Shown one piece after another: positions 49,490 through 59,495 of a stretch of 64,000 nucleotides of DNA; position 1 is the stretch's first letter; the number at the start of each line of letters is the position of its first letter. The stretch is from the IMG/VR virus record IMGVR_UViG_3300032007_000001. One strand, written 5' to 3'. The translations under genes and the position numbers were made by a program. This DNA comes from a virus (taxonomy: Duplodnaviria; Caudoviricetes). The notes beneath the pieces were generated by a model. The model worked only from the letters and a program-made list of their open reading frames with translations. It was not told where the DNA came from and did not search any database.

Positions 49490-49754
49490 AAATTTTATTG
49501 ATTTTTACGATAACTGACGGGATATTTTGAACAAAATGAGCATCTGTACCTAAATTATCAAATACTTTCTTTATGTCTTTATTCAATATCGTTGCCAAAG
49601 AAATCATATTATCATTTACAGTAACAAAATTTCTTCCACATATAAATACTTTTCCTAAAAATATCTTAAATTGATTTAATGCTTCTTCATAATCATAAAA
49701 AGATTTTGCTTCTATTTTGTCCATATAAGAAAAAATTATAATATATTCATTCAT
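49488..49754 (-). CDS. Hypothetical protein
   Basis: AGGAGG SD. Confidence 0.7.
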   Translation of the reverse strand: MNEYIIIFSYMDKIEAKSFYDYEEALNQFKIFLGKVFICGRNFVTVNDNMISLATILNKDIKKVFDNLGTDAHFVQNIPSVIVKINKI

Positions 49755-49842
49755 TTTATCTTCCTCCTATTTTAATGTCACTAATATGAAATAACATGAA
49801 TTAATTATTTTATTCAAAACAAATAAAATAATTTTAGAAAGG

Positions 49843-50133
49843 ATGATAAAATTGTTTTTTGTAGCATGCAATTTTGCAGATAAAGATAAAATATCAAAAG
49901 GAACAGTAAAAAACGATAGTATTATGATAAATAATGAAAAATATTTGGTTTTTAATTTACAAAAGCAGATATTTGAACGTGGCAACAGAATAATTTCTTT
50001 AGATAAAAACAAAAAAGAAGCAAATGATAGATTAATCAATTATTTGGAAAACAATAAAAAGAAATTGGAAAAAGAATTAGATATTATTAATATGAATTTA
50101 GAAATGTTGAAAGAAGATGAATGTAATGAATGA
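49843..50133 (+). CDS. Hypothetical protein
   Basis: 96 aa, coiled-coil C-terminus. Confidence 0.6.
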   Translation: MIKLFFVACNFADKDKISKGTVKNDSIMINNEKYLVFNLQKQIFERGNRIISLDKNKKEANDRLINYLENNKKKLEKELDIINMNLEMLKEDECNE

Positions 50134-50326
50134 TATTGATGCTGTAGTAATCTTAAAAAAAATAATTAATGAAAAACTTTCTAAAGCAAATCCAGATGAA
50201 ATAAATGCTATAAAATTAGGAATTGAAGCAATTGAAGAAAATAGAAAGTTAAAAGAAAAAATTTGCATGTTGGAAAGAGAAATTAGTTTATCAGATAATA
50301 AAAATATATATTTAATGTCAAAATAA
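50117..50326 (+). CDS. Hypothetical protein
   Basis: Overlaps the upstream gene; ends at a terminator. Confidence 0.6.
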   Translation: MNVMNDIDAVVILKKIINEKLSKANPDEINAIKLGIEAIEENRKLKEKICMLEREISLSDNKNIYLMSK

Positions 50327-50349
50327 AAGAGAGGATTAAATCCTCTCTT
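50327..50349. terminator. Bidirectional terminator (identical copy at 59959..59981)
   Basis: aagagaggat-taa-atcctctctt. Confidence 0.75.
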
Positions 50350-50354
50350 ATTTT

Positions 50355-51317
50355 TTAACTCCAAGGCAGATTTTTAAGTTTATCTGATAAACTTTGTATT
50401 CTTCCAGAAGAAAATCTTTGGTTTTGTTCATTAATTATCTTATTATCTTGTGTATGCAGATACATATTTGTATGTACACTGTGAGCAGTCAATCCAGCAA
50501 CTCTTTCCATTATTTTGGCTTCTCTATCTGCACCAGTTGTGACAATAGATGTTTCGAAGAATTCTGGATTGATATTATATTCCATGACTGGTAACATTTC
50601 GCCATTGAATGACATTGTCATGCCCTTGTAGTTTCTAATATGTTCGCACATGTTTTCTTCTGTAGTGCATTCATTACCACAAATAGAGCATATTGATTTT
50701 TCTACAGTGCATCCCATAGAAACGTCAGTAATCATTTGTGTACGTAATGCTTTTGCCAATTCTGGGAAAGCTACCTTATCAATAGCAAAAAGAATTTCTA
50801 CTAAATATTTATCAGGATTATAGACAACATCTAATATAATGCCTCTTGCATCTTCTACATTTTCGTTGTTATGGTCAACGAAAATTGATTTGCCGCGAAG
50901 CGTTTCAAATGGGCCATTCAGTTGTTCATAATTTAATTTCTTGCCAGTAGCGGCTTCGCAGGTTTTATCATTTGTAAGATGTTCATGCATAAAAGCATCG
51001 CCATTGTCATTGCTATTTCTGCAATACTTTGAATATTTTGCTAAATTTTTCTGATAAGTCTCAAAAGGAATCAATTCATAACTTCCATCTTCGTGCTCTA
51101 TAACGTTACCAGACGTTAATGCTACAGCACGATGATATTGGAAGTCATTTTCTTTTGGAGCAACCTGTATTACTTTCCCAGCTGTTTTTACCATAGCTGG
51201 GTCAATTAATGTTTTAGATTGCTTAAGTATATCCATTCTTAAGTTATGGTAATCTTTTAAAAGGCCTTCATACTTGTTAGCTTCTATTTTACCACGTATG
51301 TTTTTCTTTGTTATCAA
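50355..51317 (-). CDS. Prohead (capsid maturation) protease with Zn-finger insert
   Basis: IFVDHNN...RGIILD...TDVSMGC..CSICG..CEH..FFETSIV..GAD..AKI; start reassigned to TTG after GGAGGTG. Confidence 0.8.
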   Translation of the reverse strand: MITKKNIRGKIEANKYEGLLKDYHNLRMDILKQSKTLIDPAMVKTAGKVIQVAPKENDFQYHRAVALTSGNVIEHEDGSYELIPFETYQKNLAKYSKYCRNSNDNGDAFMHEHLTNDKTCEAATGKKLNYEQLNGPFETLRGKSIFVDHNNENVEDARGIILDVVYNPDKYLVEILFAIDKVAFPELAKALRTQMITDVSMGCTVEKSICSICGNECTTEENMCEHIRNYKGMTMSFNGEMLPVMEYNINPEFFETSIVTTGADREAKIMERVAGLTAHSVHTNMYLHTQDNKIINEQNQRFSSGRIQSLSDKLKNLPWS

Positions 51318-51663
51318 GTATGACACCTCCATCCTCGTCACTGCAAAGATAACCGTTTTCTCTTAAATATTCTCTTGTCTTAAATAAACATTCTTTCCAA
51401 TATTTTTTGCAAGTATTTCTATCTGCTTCTACGCCAACAATATCATCAAACAACCCGTTCTTAATTTGGTCTCTTAAATCATATATTCTTTCACTTGTTG
51501 GAATCATTGGCATATCAGCAAGAAGCATTTTTGCCAATAGAAAACTTTCATCGCTTAAGTGTTTATTTGTTGAATTATTAATTACTATATCATTAATGAT
51601 ATGATGTATATATGGTGAGCCAAGTCCTTGGTCACTAGCCGTTTTCTTTCTAAGTCTTTTCAT
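51289..51663 (-). CDS. Hypothetical protein with MKRLRKKTAS leader
   Basis: In the portal-protease operon. Confidence 0.7.
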   Translation of the reverse strand: MKRLRKKTASDQGLGSPYIHHIINDIVINNSTNKHLSDESFLLAKMLLADMPMIPTSERIYDLRDQIKNGLFDDIVGVEADRNTCKKYWKECLFKTREYLRENGYLCSDEDGGVILDNKEKHTW

Positions 51664-52008
51664 TTAGGCGCTCATCTCTTCTTCATAGCCAGCAAGTTCT
51701 CTTAAAAACGCCTTCATACTTTTATCGCTTTCTTGAGTATGAAGATTGCTGACTTTATATTTTCTTGGAAGATGATAAGCAAGAGCTTTTAAGAATAAAT
51801 CATCTTTTGGCTCAAATGATTCTCTGCATAAACCATTATCCAATGATACTGTAAGAGACATAATTGGTTCATCAACAATATATTTAAGAACAGTTGCTAA
51901 CGATTCATCTTCCACTGGAATATATCCAAATTTGTTGTTTTCTTTATCAATACTGCAATAAGCAATAGTACGTTTATTTACCACGATTTCAAATACATCA
52001 TACTTCAT
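51664..52008 (-). CDS. Hypothetical protein
   Basis: AAGGAG SD. Confidence 0.7.
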   Translation of the reverse strand: MKYDVFEIVVNKRTIAYCSIDKENNKFGYIPVEDESLATVLKYIVDEPIMSLTVSLDNGLCRESFEPKDDLFLKALAYHLPRKYKVSNLHTQESDKSMKAFLRELAGYEEEMSA

Positions 52009-52072
52009 ATTTTTAGCTCCTTGTGTTAAGGTTTTTTTATTGATTGTAAAAGTATTTTTGCATTAAACCGTT

Positions 52073-52984
52073 TCAAACTATTGTTGTTAGAAAATAATTG
52101 TAGATATCTTCATCTACCAATTGCAAAGTTTCTCTATCAAGAATGAATGCAATTAATGATTCCAACAAATAATTAAACGAATTTTGTTCTGCTAGAAAAC
52201 TAATAAACCGATTGCTGCTAAAAGATTTCGTTTTTCTGTAAAAAAGTGCTTTCGTTCTTTCGTTTTCTTCTACTTTTAATAGATGTCTCAATAAATCTTT
52301 TTTATACGTAAATGCATCGAATTTCTGATAAATTTTCCTATCTTCAACGAACATTAACGTATCTTCCGATTTATTATAAGTCATTGGGTCGTTAAAGTAA
52401 GTTATTTTTAGATTTTTTTTTATTAAAAATTTATACCGCATCAACATAAAACGCATAAATGATTCAATTGCATTTTTATATTTTACAGGTACATTAAAAA
52501 ATTGATAATCATGTGTAATGATATTGATTGTATTTTCAAAGTTTTCTTTTAATTCCAAATAAGAATCACAATCATCATGTAAAAAATGGTCATCCAAATT
52601 TTTATTTGTACTCTTTAAGAATTTGCAAATATCACAACATTTATCGTTTACAACGAAATTGGTTTGTACATTTTTGCTATGCTCCAATTGGCAGTTCTTA
52701 AAAATATAGCTTAGCTCTCTTTCGAGAATTTGCTTAATAGCATCAAATGGAGCTGAAAAATCTACTTTTTCCATGTAAACTTTCGTTTCAGCGATATCGT
52801 AAGAATCAATGAATTTATGATTTTCTTCTTCCACTTTTAATGATTTTTGTGCACATGCATCTATTACTAATAGATTATTTGTAATGAAATTGCATATACT
52901 GTCTATCAATTCTTCTTTCGTTAATTTTGGAGAGAAATTATACAAAAATTCACTGAGTATGTTCTTAACAGAATTATTCATCAT
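52073..52984 (-). CDS. Putative minor head (MuF-like) protein
   Basis: Directly after portal; CCDIC...LHDDCD resembles the MuF C..C..H..C motif. Confidence 0.5.
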   Translation of the reverse strand: MMNNSVKNILSEFLYNFSPKLTKEELIDSICNFITNNLLVIDACAQKSLKVEEENHKFIDSYDIAETKVYMEKVDFSAPFDAIKQILERELSYIFKNCQLEHSKNVQTNFVVNDKCCDICKFLKSTNKNLDDHFLHDDCDSYLELKENFENTINIITHDYQFFNVPVKYKNAIESFMRFMLMRYKFLIKKNLKITYFNDPMTYNKSEDTLMFVEDRKIYQKFDAFTYKKDLLRHLLKVEENERTKALFYRKTKSFSSNRFISFLAEQNSFNYLLESLIAFILDRETLQLVDEDIYNYFLTTIV

Positions 52985-54689
52985 TTTCTCCTGTTACTAT
53001 TGGTTCTTTTTTCATTCCCATGTGTCTTCTAAATCTTGGTTTCACAGACGCTTCCGGAAGCCCAAAATCACTTGGATTGTTGTTTATGGATAATCCATTG
53101 CCTGTCATAGAAGGAGGCTCTGGTCGAGGCGTGGCGTCTTCTCCATAAGGTTGTTCTATTATACTACTACCAGTCTCAATATCATCTGGTTGTACCAAAC
53201 GTTTGCCTTCGTTTGGCAACGGACCTTCCTTAGGAGCGTTCGGGTCAAATATGGTGCCACGTTCTCTTTCAAGATTTTTCTTTTCTACTTCTGGGTCTAA
53301 TCCAATGATTGGATAAAGCGTTGTCTTAGACAACATGCCAGCTTCGCTAAGCTTTTCAAAGAAGCTCATAATAGAGTTATTGGAAGTTAAGTCTTGCTGT
53401 TGCCAAGTAATCTTTGGTACAATTAATTCAACTTCCTTGTTGGCTGCCATTTTTTTCAATTGTTTCCCACTATAACCAGCAATACTTCCACCGTGTCTAT
53501 GCTTATAAAATCCTTGTACTTCAGCTATTGGACGATAGACTTTATTTCTTACCCAAGATTCTAATCTCATACGGTAAGTCATATATCTTCTAGCTAAAGC
53601 GTCTACACCAACTTGAGCAGTGTTATATGTACTTCCATCACCATTTAATAATGCCGATGTTATTCCTAATCCCGCCATCAATTCTTTTTCTATGAAATCA
53701 AATTCAGTATTTAATGGCAAAATCTTTCCGCTTGAACCAACATATTCAAAACTTAATCCATAATGATAAACTAAGAAGAAGTTTGGGTCATCTTCACCAA
53801 TAAGAAGTATATCTCTAAAATTATCTATTTCTTCTTGAGATGGATAAGATTCTCCGGGTGTACCAAGTTTTGCTACTCTTAATGGAGTAATATGTCTATT
53901 GGCTATAGCATCTTGTGCTTGACGAAGTTTGTCTTTGTACATCAACGTCTTAAAACATCTCATCATTAACGGTGTTCCCCACATTTCATATGGAGATGCT
54001 TTATGAGCTATATGACTTACCAATCTATTGTCAAGCATAATGTTTTTGCCCATTTTGACTTGACGTATTATGTCTTCTGGGAATTGTTTGTATAATTCTG
54101 CGAATTCGCCAACTGGACCAGCTTTTATGATAGACATTACTTGGTCATCTGGTATCAATTCTATAATTTGGTCTTGAGCAAATATAGAAGAAGATATATT
54201 TACATAATCTGGATTTAATAATGTAAAACGTTCCCATTCGCCAGTTGTTTCATTGAATTGTCCGAATGGAAAAACATCACCTATTTTCCAGTATTCCAAT
54301 CCAATATCCAAAAGCAAATTAATAATATCTAATTTATCAAAAGCCAAATAATCAAAAAATTCTTTGACTTTTGGTTCAGAACATACGTTACTGAAACTAG
54401 AAATAGGAAATTCTGTATGTATATCTAATGCTGTTGCTACAACAGGCTCTGTTCGATAGTAGTGGCGCGCCCACTCATTTCTCTCGCGCCTATCTCTTGG
54501 AAGGAACATTGATAAGGCTTGGAACAGCGGATGAAAGAAATTCGGCGCGCCGAATTTCACATCCAGAGATGCTGCGGTGCGTTTCATATTTCTTTGGGTT
54601 TTTTGCGGGAGAGAATTAGAATCTATAATTGTATTAAACATTCCATTTTTAGCAATGGCAGCAGTTTTATTTATATGATTCCTTTTCAA
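52974..54689 (-). CDS. Portal protein
   Basis: YYRTEPVVATALDIHTEFP; EYWKIGDVF; LLNPDYV; HIAHK...WGTP; upstream of the prohead protease. Confidence 0.85.
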   Translation of the reverse strand: MKRNHINKTAAIAKNGMFNTIIDSNSLPQKTQRNMKRTAASLDVKFGAPNFFHPLFQALSMFLPRDRRERNEWARHYYRTEPVVATALDIHTEFPISSFSNVCSEPKVKEFFDYLAFDKLDIINLLLDIGLEYWKIGDVFPFGQFNETTGEWERFTLLNPDYVNISSSIFAQDQIIELIPDDQVMSIIKAGPVGEFAELYKQFPEDIIRQVKMGKNIMLDNRLVSHIAHKASPYEMWGTPLMMRCFKTLMYKDKLRQAQDAIANRHITPLRVAKLGTPGESYPSQEEIDNFRDILLIGEDDPNFFLVYHYGLSFEYVGSSGKILPLNTEFDFIEKELMAGLGITSALLNGDGSTYNTAQVGVDALARRYMTYRMRLESWVRNKVYRPIAEVQGFYKHRHGGSIAGYSGKQLKKMAANKEVELIVPKITWQQQDLTSNNSIMSFFEKLSEAGMLSKTTLYPIIGLDPEVEKKNLERERGTIFDPNAPKEGPLPNEGKRLVQPDDIETGSSIIEQPYGEDATPRPEPPSMTGNGLSINNNPSDFGLPEASVKPRFRRHMGMKKEPIVTGENDE

Positions 54690-54823
54690 ACTATCACCAC
54701 CAAATAAATTTGATTAAATCTATTGTATAAATAAGTTTTGATTTTTTATATGTTCTATTGTATAAAATAAATATAATAAAACAAACGAATAAGAATAATT
54801 AATTAAAAGTAAGGGATGATATT

Positions 54824-55297
54824 ATGACGCATTTAATTAAACAAAGTGTAAGTAGAACTACATTTAATTTTATTACAGATAAAGATGTAAGAGAATGGAT
54901 AACAAACAATGCAAATAAATTTAATGATGAAAATACTTACGTAGAAGTAAGTGATGGTGTTATGTATCTTGAAGATAGAGATACGCACGAAATTGCAGAG
55001 GTAAAAGCTGCTTTAGTTGGAAGATTTGGTGGTTTTATAGAATATGGGAAAAGGCATTTTTATGTAGTAGATGGTTATCAATTTAGTAAAAAAGAAAATG
55101 ATGGTAATATAGCGACAATTGCATTAGCTATAGAAATAGATGAAGATACAAAACAACCAAAAGGCAATATTTTTGGCGAAGTATTTGAAGATAAATTTGT
55201 AAAAGATGTTTTAACAACAAAGGAAATTATTACTATTAATGGCATCAAAATGAGATTAACCGATATGAGAGAATTATATAAATTTATGGAAAAATAA
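54824..55297 (+). CDS. Hypothetical protein (MTHLIKQS leader)
   Basis: AAGGGA SD. Confidence 0.7.
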   Translation: MTHLIKQSVSRTTFNFITDKDVREWITNNANKFNDENTYVEVSDGVMYLEDRDTHEIAEVKAALVGRFGGFIEYGKRHFYVVDGYQFSKKENDGNIATIALAIEIDEDTKQPKGNIFGEVFEDKFVKDVLTTKEIITINGIKMRLTDMRELYKFMEK

Positions 55298-55306
55298 TAA
55301 AAACTA

Positions 55307-55335
55307 TTTACATTTCTTTTTTTACGTGATATAAT
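55307..55335 (+). promoter_or_regulatory. Sigma-A-like promoter
   Basis: TTTACA-17-TGnTATAAT. Confidence 0.7.
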
Positions 55336-55347
55336 ATAACAAAAGAG

Positions 55348-55884
55348 GTGAGAAAGATGTTTGAAGAAATTACATTGACAGAGGAAAATATTGCAATTGG
55401 GAAATTAAATACTGAAATTGCAAATATAAGCAAAAAATTATATGAAATTTTAGAAAAAAATCATCATATTAGACTTTTTAGTGATGATAATCATATTGAC
55501 GGTTATAGAATAGCATCTTCTCGTCCATTACAACGTTTTGAAACCAATAATATTGGTGAAGATATTAAAAGAAAAAATCTTGATAATAGATTATTTGTTT
55601 CTGGAGATGAAGATAAAGAAAATAATACATTTAATATTATTTGTATTTCAAAATTAGATGAAAACAATGAATATCCTTATATAAAAATGTCAAGTAAAGA
55701 AAATTTCGATAGCAATATACATTTCGATTTATATATAACGTTTTATTTTCCATATTGGGATGATAAATTTATGAATTATATGGAAAGACAATTTGATATT
55801 GAATTGGAAAAATATGAAATGTTACATAATGAAATCTTTAAGTTAAAGAAAAAAGCAAAAGATTTATATGGTATTGATTTATGA
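55348..55884 (+). CDS. Hypothetical protein
   Basis: Own promoter and terminator; GAGGTG SD. Confidence 0.7.
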   Translation: MRKMFEEITLTEENIAIGKLNTEIANISKKLYEILEKNHHIRLFSDDNHIDGYRIASSRPLQRFETNNIGEDIKRKNLDNRLFVSGDEDKENNTFNIICISKLDENNEYPYIKMSSKENFDSNIHFDLYITFYFPYWDDKFMNYMERQFDIELEKYEMLHNEIFKLKKKAKDLYGIDL

Positions 55885-55889
55885 TAAAT

Positions 55890-55917
55890 AAAAAGAGCTA
55901 CATTAGTAGCTCTTTTT
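55890..55917 (+). terminator. Intrinsic terminator
   Basis: aaaaagagctac-atta-gtagctcttttt. Confidence 0.75.
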
Positions 55918-55921
55918 TATA

Positions 55922-55950
55922 TTTACATTCTTTTTGATTTTTGATAGAAT
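55922..55950 (+). promoter_or_regulatory. Sigma-A-like promoter
   Basis: TTTACA-17-TGnTAGAAT; 19-mer shared with 62296..62314. Confidence 0.65.
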
Positions 55951-55971
55951 TTAGATATTGGAGGTGTAAAC

Positions 55972-56673
55972 ATGGTTGGAATTGCAGGAACATTGGCTGC
56001 TGTTATTGCATGCATAAGTAATAAAAGAAGAATGAGAGAAATGAGAAAACCAAAAACAATCAAAGAAATGCTTTATGCATTACATAATTTGAAAAAGAAA
56101 AATCAATATAATTGGAAATATATAGATAAAATTTTTGATAATATTAGTACAACATCAAATATTGGCGAATCAAATATAGAAGAAATGGCACATATGATAT
56201 TCAATTTTCATGACCATTTGGATTTGTTTGCTATACCAACATGGGAATGGGTAACAAACTTTTCAAAATTTTTGGAAAATAAAAAAGTACTAGAATTTGG
56301 TGCTGGTACTGGAATCATTTCTGCTATGCTTAAAAAATTAAATATTGATATTAGAGCTATAGACAACAACAACAGACACTTAAATATCTTATTTGATGAA
56401 ATTGAAATAACAGATGGGATAGAATACTTAAAAGAACACAAAAATGAATACGATGTATTGTTTTTTGCATGGCCAGAAATGAATGATACGTGCGTTAATG
56501 CATGTGATATCTTTTTAGATAATAATAAAAAAGTATACTATCTTGGAGAAGAAGAAGGTGGATGTACAGCAAGTGATACATTTTTTAATAAATATGATTT
56601 GAAATTTATTGATGCTCATTATACGCCCTTGTTTGGACTACATGATAATTTATTTGAAATAATCAAAAAATAA
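55972..56673 (+). CDS. Class I SAM-dependent methyltransferase-fold protein
   Basis: VLEFGAGTG motif I; AID; LFFAWP; YLGEEEGGCT. Confidence 0.8.
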   Translation: MVGIAGTLAAVIACISNKRRMREMRKPKTIKEMLYALHNLKKKNQYNWKYIDKIFDNISTTSNIGESNIEEMAHMIFNFHDHLDLFAIPTWEWVTNFSKFLENKKVLEFGAGTGIISAMLKKLNIDIRAIDNNNRHLNILFDEIEITDGIEYLKEHKNEYDVLFFAWPEMNDTCVNACDIFLDNNKKVYYLGEEEGGCTASDTFFNKYDLKFIDAHYTPLFGLHDNLFEIIKK

Positions 56674-56693
56674 GAGCTACTAATGTAGCTCTT
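56672..56693. terminator. Bidirectional terminator (inverted copy of 55893..55914)
   Basis: aagagctac-taat-gtagctctt. Confidence 0.7.
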
Positions 56694-56712
56694 TTAATTT
56701 TTTAAGATTAAT

Positions 56713-57417
56713 TTATAATTTATAAGAAAGATTGTCGCAATTTAATATAAAATTTGAAATATTATATAATAATTCGTTTACAGTTGTTTTTATAATTCCC
56801 TTAAAATATCCGCGTTTTGATTCTAATGTACAATAAATTATATCATTTAAGTTATCTTTTGTTATTGGTATTTCTACTTTATATGAATCGTTTTCAAAAA
56901 ACAATTTTGAATCAATTTGTTTAATTCCATTTTTTTTAAGTTGTTCTATTACTTCATCGTAACCTAAGTTTATTTGTTCATTATTGTTATATTGTTTATC
57001 ATCGTATTCATCATTATACGCATTAGCAGCTTCTTCTGCAGCTTCTTCTGTTGAATATAAACATGCACAATTTTGAACGTCATTAAATGTTTCGTTGCTA
57101 TTATATGCATAAATTTCTTCCAAATTAACTTGTTCTTTAATTTCATTTGCAATATTGCTATTATTAGAATATAATTTTTCAAGAATTGTTTGCATAGAAT
57201 ATTCATCATATGATTTTATATCAAATGCATTTAATATTTCTTTTTGTTTTTTTGACGATAATGAATTATAATACTCTTCTAGTTGTTCTTCATTATATGA
57301 ATTACTCTCGTCAAATTCGTCAGTATCACTATCACTTAAATAATATGTAATTACTTCTTCAACACCATGCCATTCATTTGCTACTTTCTTTCTTAATCTT
57401 TTTGCTATTATGTTCAT
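56713..57417 (-). CDS. Acidic hypothetical protein with KRLRKKVA leader
   Basis: GAGGT SD; downstream of rSAM gene. Confidence 0.7.
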   Translation of the reverse strand: MNIIAKRLRKKVANEWHGVEEVITYYLSDSDTDEFDESNSYNEEQLEEYYNSLSSKKQKEILNAFDIKSYDEYSMQTILEKLYSNNSNIANEIKEQVNLEEIYAYNSNETFNDVQNCACLYSTEEAAEEAANAYNDEYDDKQYNNNEQINLGYDEVIEQLKKNGIKQIDSKLFFENDSYKVEIPITKDNLNDIIYCTLESKRGYFKGIIKTTVNELLYNISNFILNCDNLSYKL

Positions 57418-57433
57418 TGTTTTTTACCTCACT

Positions 57434-58450
57434 TTAATCTATAAAAATTTCTCGTAATTCTTTAATAGGCATAAAAAATTGTTTGCTTACATTACAAAAG
57501 TAATTATTCATAGTTTCAGTACTTTGTAGCATACATCCGCCTCTACAATATACATTAACATCGCAATTAATGCATTGTTCTTTTCTATGTTCTTTATAAA
57601 AATTTAATACCTTTTTTGTAATTAAATAATTATTATTCTTTACATTTCCTAAAACAATATCAGAATTATGACATAAATATAATTTACCATCATTGGTTAC
57701 GTTAATGATATTCATTCCATTCATGCATTTGGGAAATCTATAATCATATTTATGCAAATCTCTTTCTATAAGAGAATCAATATATAAGTCACTTGCTTCT
57801 ACATTTGTTTTTTCATCTTGTACATCAATATAATGATTGCATAATTCTTTCATTTGATTATATAATAAATTAGAATCTATGTTACTTAAATCATTTAAAT
57901 TATTATTATTTAGAAGCAAATCTAAGTTTGTTGTTACGTGTCTTTTATGTTTTTGAATATATTTTTTATTGAATTCTTTAATAGAATCAAACCAATCTTT
58001 TGGATAATTATATTTTGTAATAACACCTGTTAAACATAATCCTTTTATTTTTAAGAGTAAATCTTCTTTTTCTTTTAGAACGTTATACCCTCTAGTAATA
58101 TCAGAATTATTACCGTCATAACTAACACCAACAGAAAATAAATTCTTATTAAAGTAATTAACATATTCTTCATTTAATAATTTTCCATTCGTTACAATAT
58201 TGTATCTTATTTTTCTTTTGAATTCATTGACATATTTTTTTATATCTTCAAAAAAGATAAGCGGTTCTCCGCCAAAAAATGTTAATTTTGATTTTTCTTT
58301 TTGAGAAGATATGATTTTGTGAATATAATCAAAAACATTTGTATCAATTTCATGACTTAGTTGTTCATTGACTATATTATGTTGTATGCAATACTTACAA
58401 TTTAAATTGCATTCATGGCCAAGCATTATAAAAATATTTGCTATTTTCAT
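57434..58450 (-). CDS. Radical SAM/SPASM domain protein (anSME/thioether-maturase-like)
   Basis: CNLNCKYC; FFGGEPL; VTNG; VSYDG; SPASM C..G..YLCH..CINC..CRGGC..C. Confidence 0.9.
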   Translation of the reverse strand: MKIANIFIMLGHECNLNCKYCIQHNIVNEQLSHEIDTNVFDYIHKIISSQKEKSKLTFFGGEPLIFFEDIKKYVNEFKRKIRYNIVTNGKLLNEEYVNYFNKNLFSVGVSYDGNNSDITRGYNVLKEKEDLLLKIKGLCLTGVITKYNYPKDWFDSIKEFNKKYIQKHKRHVTTNLDLLLNNNNLNDLSNIDSNLLYNQMKELCNHYIDVQDEKTNVEASDLYIDSLIERDLHKYDYRFPKCMNGMNIINVTNDGKLYLCHNSDIVLGNVKNNNYLITKKVLNFYKEHRKEQCINCDVNVYCRGGCMLQSTETMNNYFCNVSKQFFMPIKELREIFID

Positions 58451-58523
58451 TATTTTTTACCCACTTTAATAAAAAAATTTTATTTGTTTATTCTATAAAT
58501 AGAAATGTTTTTTAAAATGAAAA

Positions 58524-59135
58524 TTGGTAGGTAATTATATGACAAAATATCATATTACGTGTAATTATTATAAAAATGATTATGAAAATATTAATGCATG
58601 GCAATTTAATAGTTGGTATGATATACCGGATTGGATAGATATTGATACAGAAAACGAATTAAAACGAAAAGTAAAAAATACATTGGACTATCTTTTTGAT
58701 GCGGATATTAGTACAAGAGGGAATATGTCGTTTGAAACAGATAAACAAATTAAAAAAGATATGGTTAAATTATTCACAGTAACATGTGATGAACCTAATA
58801 TGAGTAGAGAACCAAAATGTATCAATTATAAATATGGCGAATATAAATTGGATTTTATGTTGATTATTGAAAATCCAATTACTGGAGGAAAAACAAAAAT
58901 GAATAGAATTATAAAAAGAATTATAGCTGGTAGAGAACAAGATACGATTGAAATTCTAAGAGATTATAAACGATCATTAAAAGATATTTCTGAATTGGTA
59001 GAAGAAATAAATGATATCGTGGAAAATGAAAATATTGAAGATGATAGAGTTCTTGAATATTGGAAATTACCGTTAAAAAAAGTTGTAAAAGACTTAATTG
59101 AAATAAAAAGAGAATTATTTAATGAATATAAATGA
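58524..59135 (+). CDS. Hypothetical protein with a probable in-frame internal start at 58899
   Basis: GGAGG SD before internal MNRIIKRIIAG. Confidence 0.65.
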   Translation: MVGNYMTKYHITCNYYKNDYENINAWQFNSWYDIPDWIDIDTENELKRKVKNTLDYLFDADISTRGNMSFETDKQIKKDMVKLFTVTCDEPNMSREPKCINYKYGEYKLDFMLIIENPITGGKTKMNRIIKRIIAGREQDTIEILRDYKRSLKDISELVEEINDIVENENIEDDRVLEYWKLPLKKVVKDLIEIKRELFNEYK

Positions 59136-59144
59136 GGTGTAGTA

Positions 59145-59483
59145 ATGAAAAATAGAATTTTACAAAGAATATGTAAAAATGCGAAATTAAATAAAAAAGC
59201 AAGTTCTCCAATTGAATTAGCTGATTTATATGATAAAATTTATGAAACATGCATAGAGAACCGTGGAAATTATCCTGGTGGAATTGCTGTAAAAACAGAT
59301 ATATTTGATGAATATTTGAAAGAAGCAGATGAAATACTTTCAGATGTATTTGACGAAACCAATCCGGATTATGATATAGATGTAGCTTTTGATGAATATT
59401 TAGATGTGAATCCAGAAGGATTTAAAGAAGTAGATAGAAAAATGCACGAATTAATGAATAAAATTCAAGAAAGTATAAATTAA
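59145..59483 (+). CDS. Acidic protein with basic leader (...LNKKASS)
   Basis: GAGGTG SD. Confidence 0.7.
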   Translation: MKNRILQRICKNAKLNKKASSPIELADLYDKIYETCIENRGNYPGGIAVKTDIFDEYLKEADEILSDVFDETNPDYDIDVAFDEYLDVNPEGFKEVDRKMHELMNKIQESIN

Positions 59484-59495
59484 AATGGTGATATA

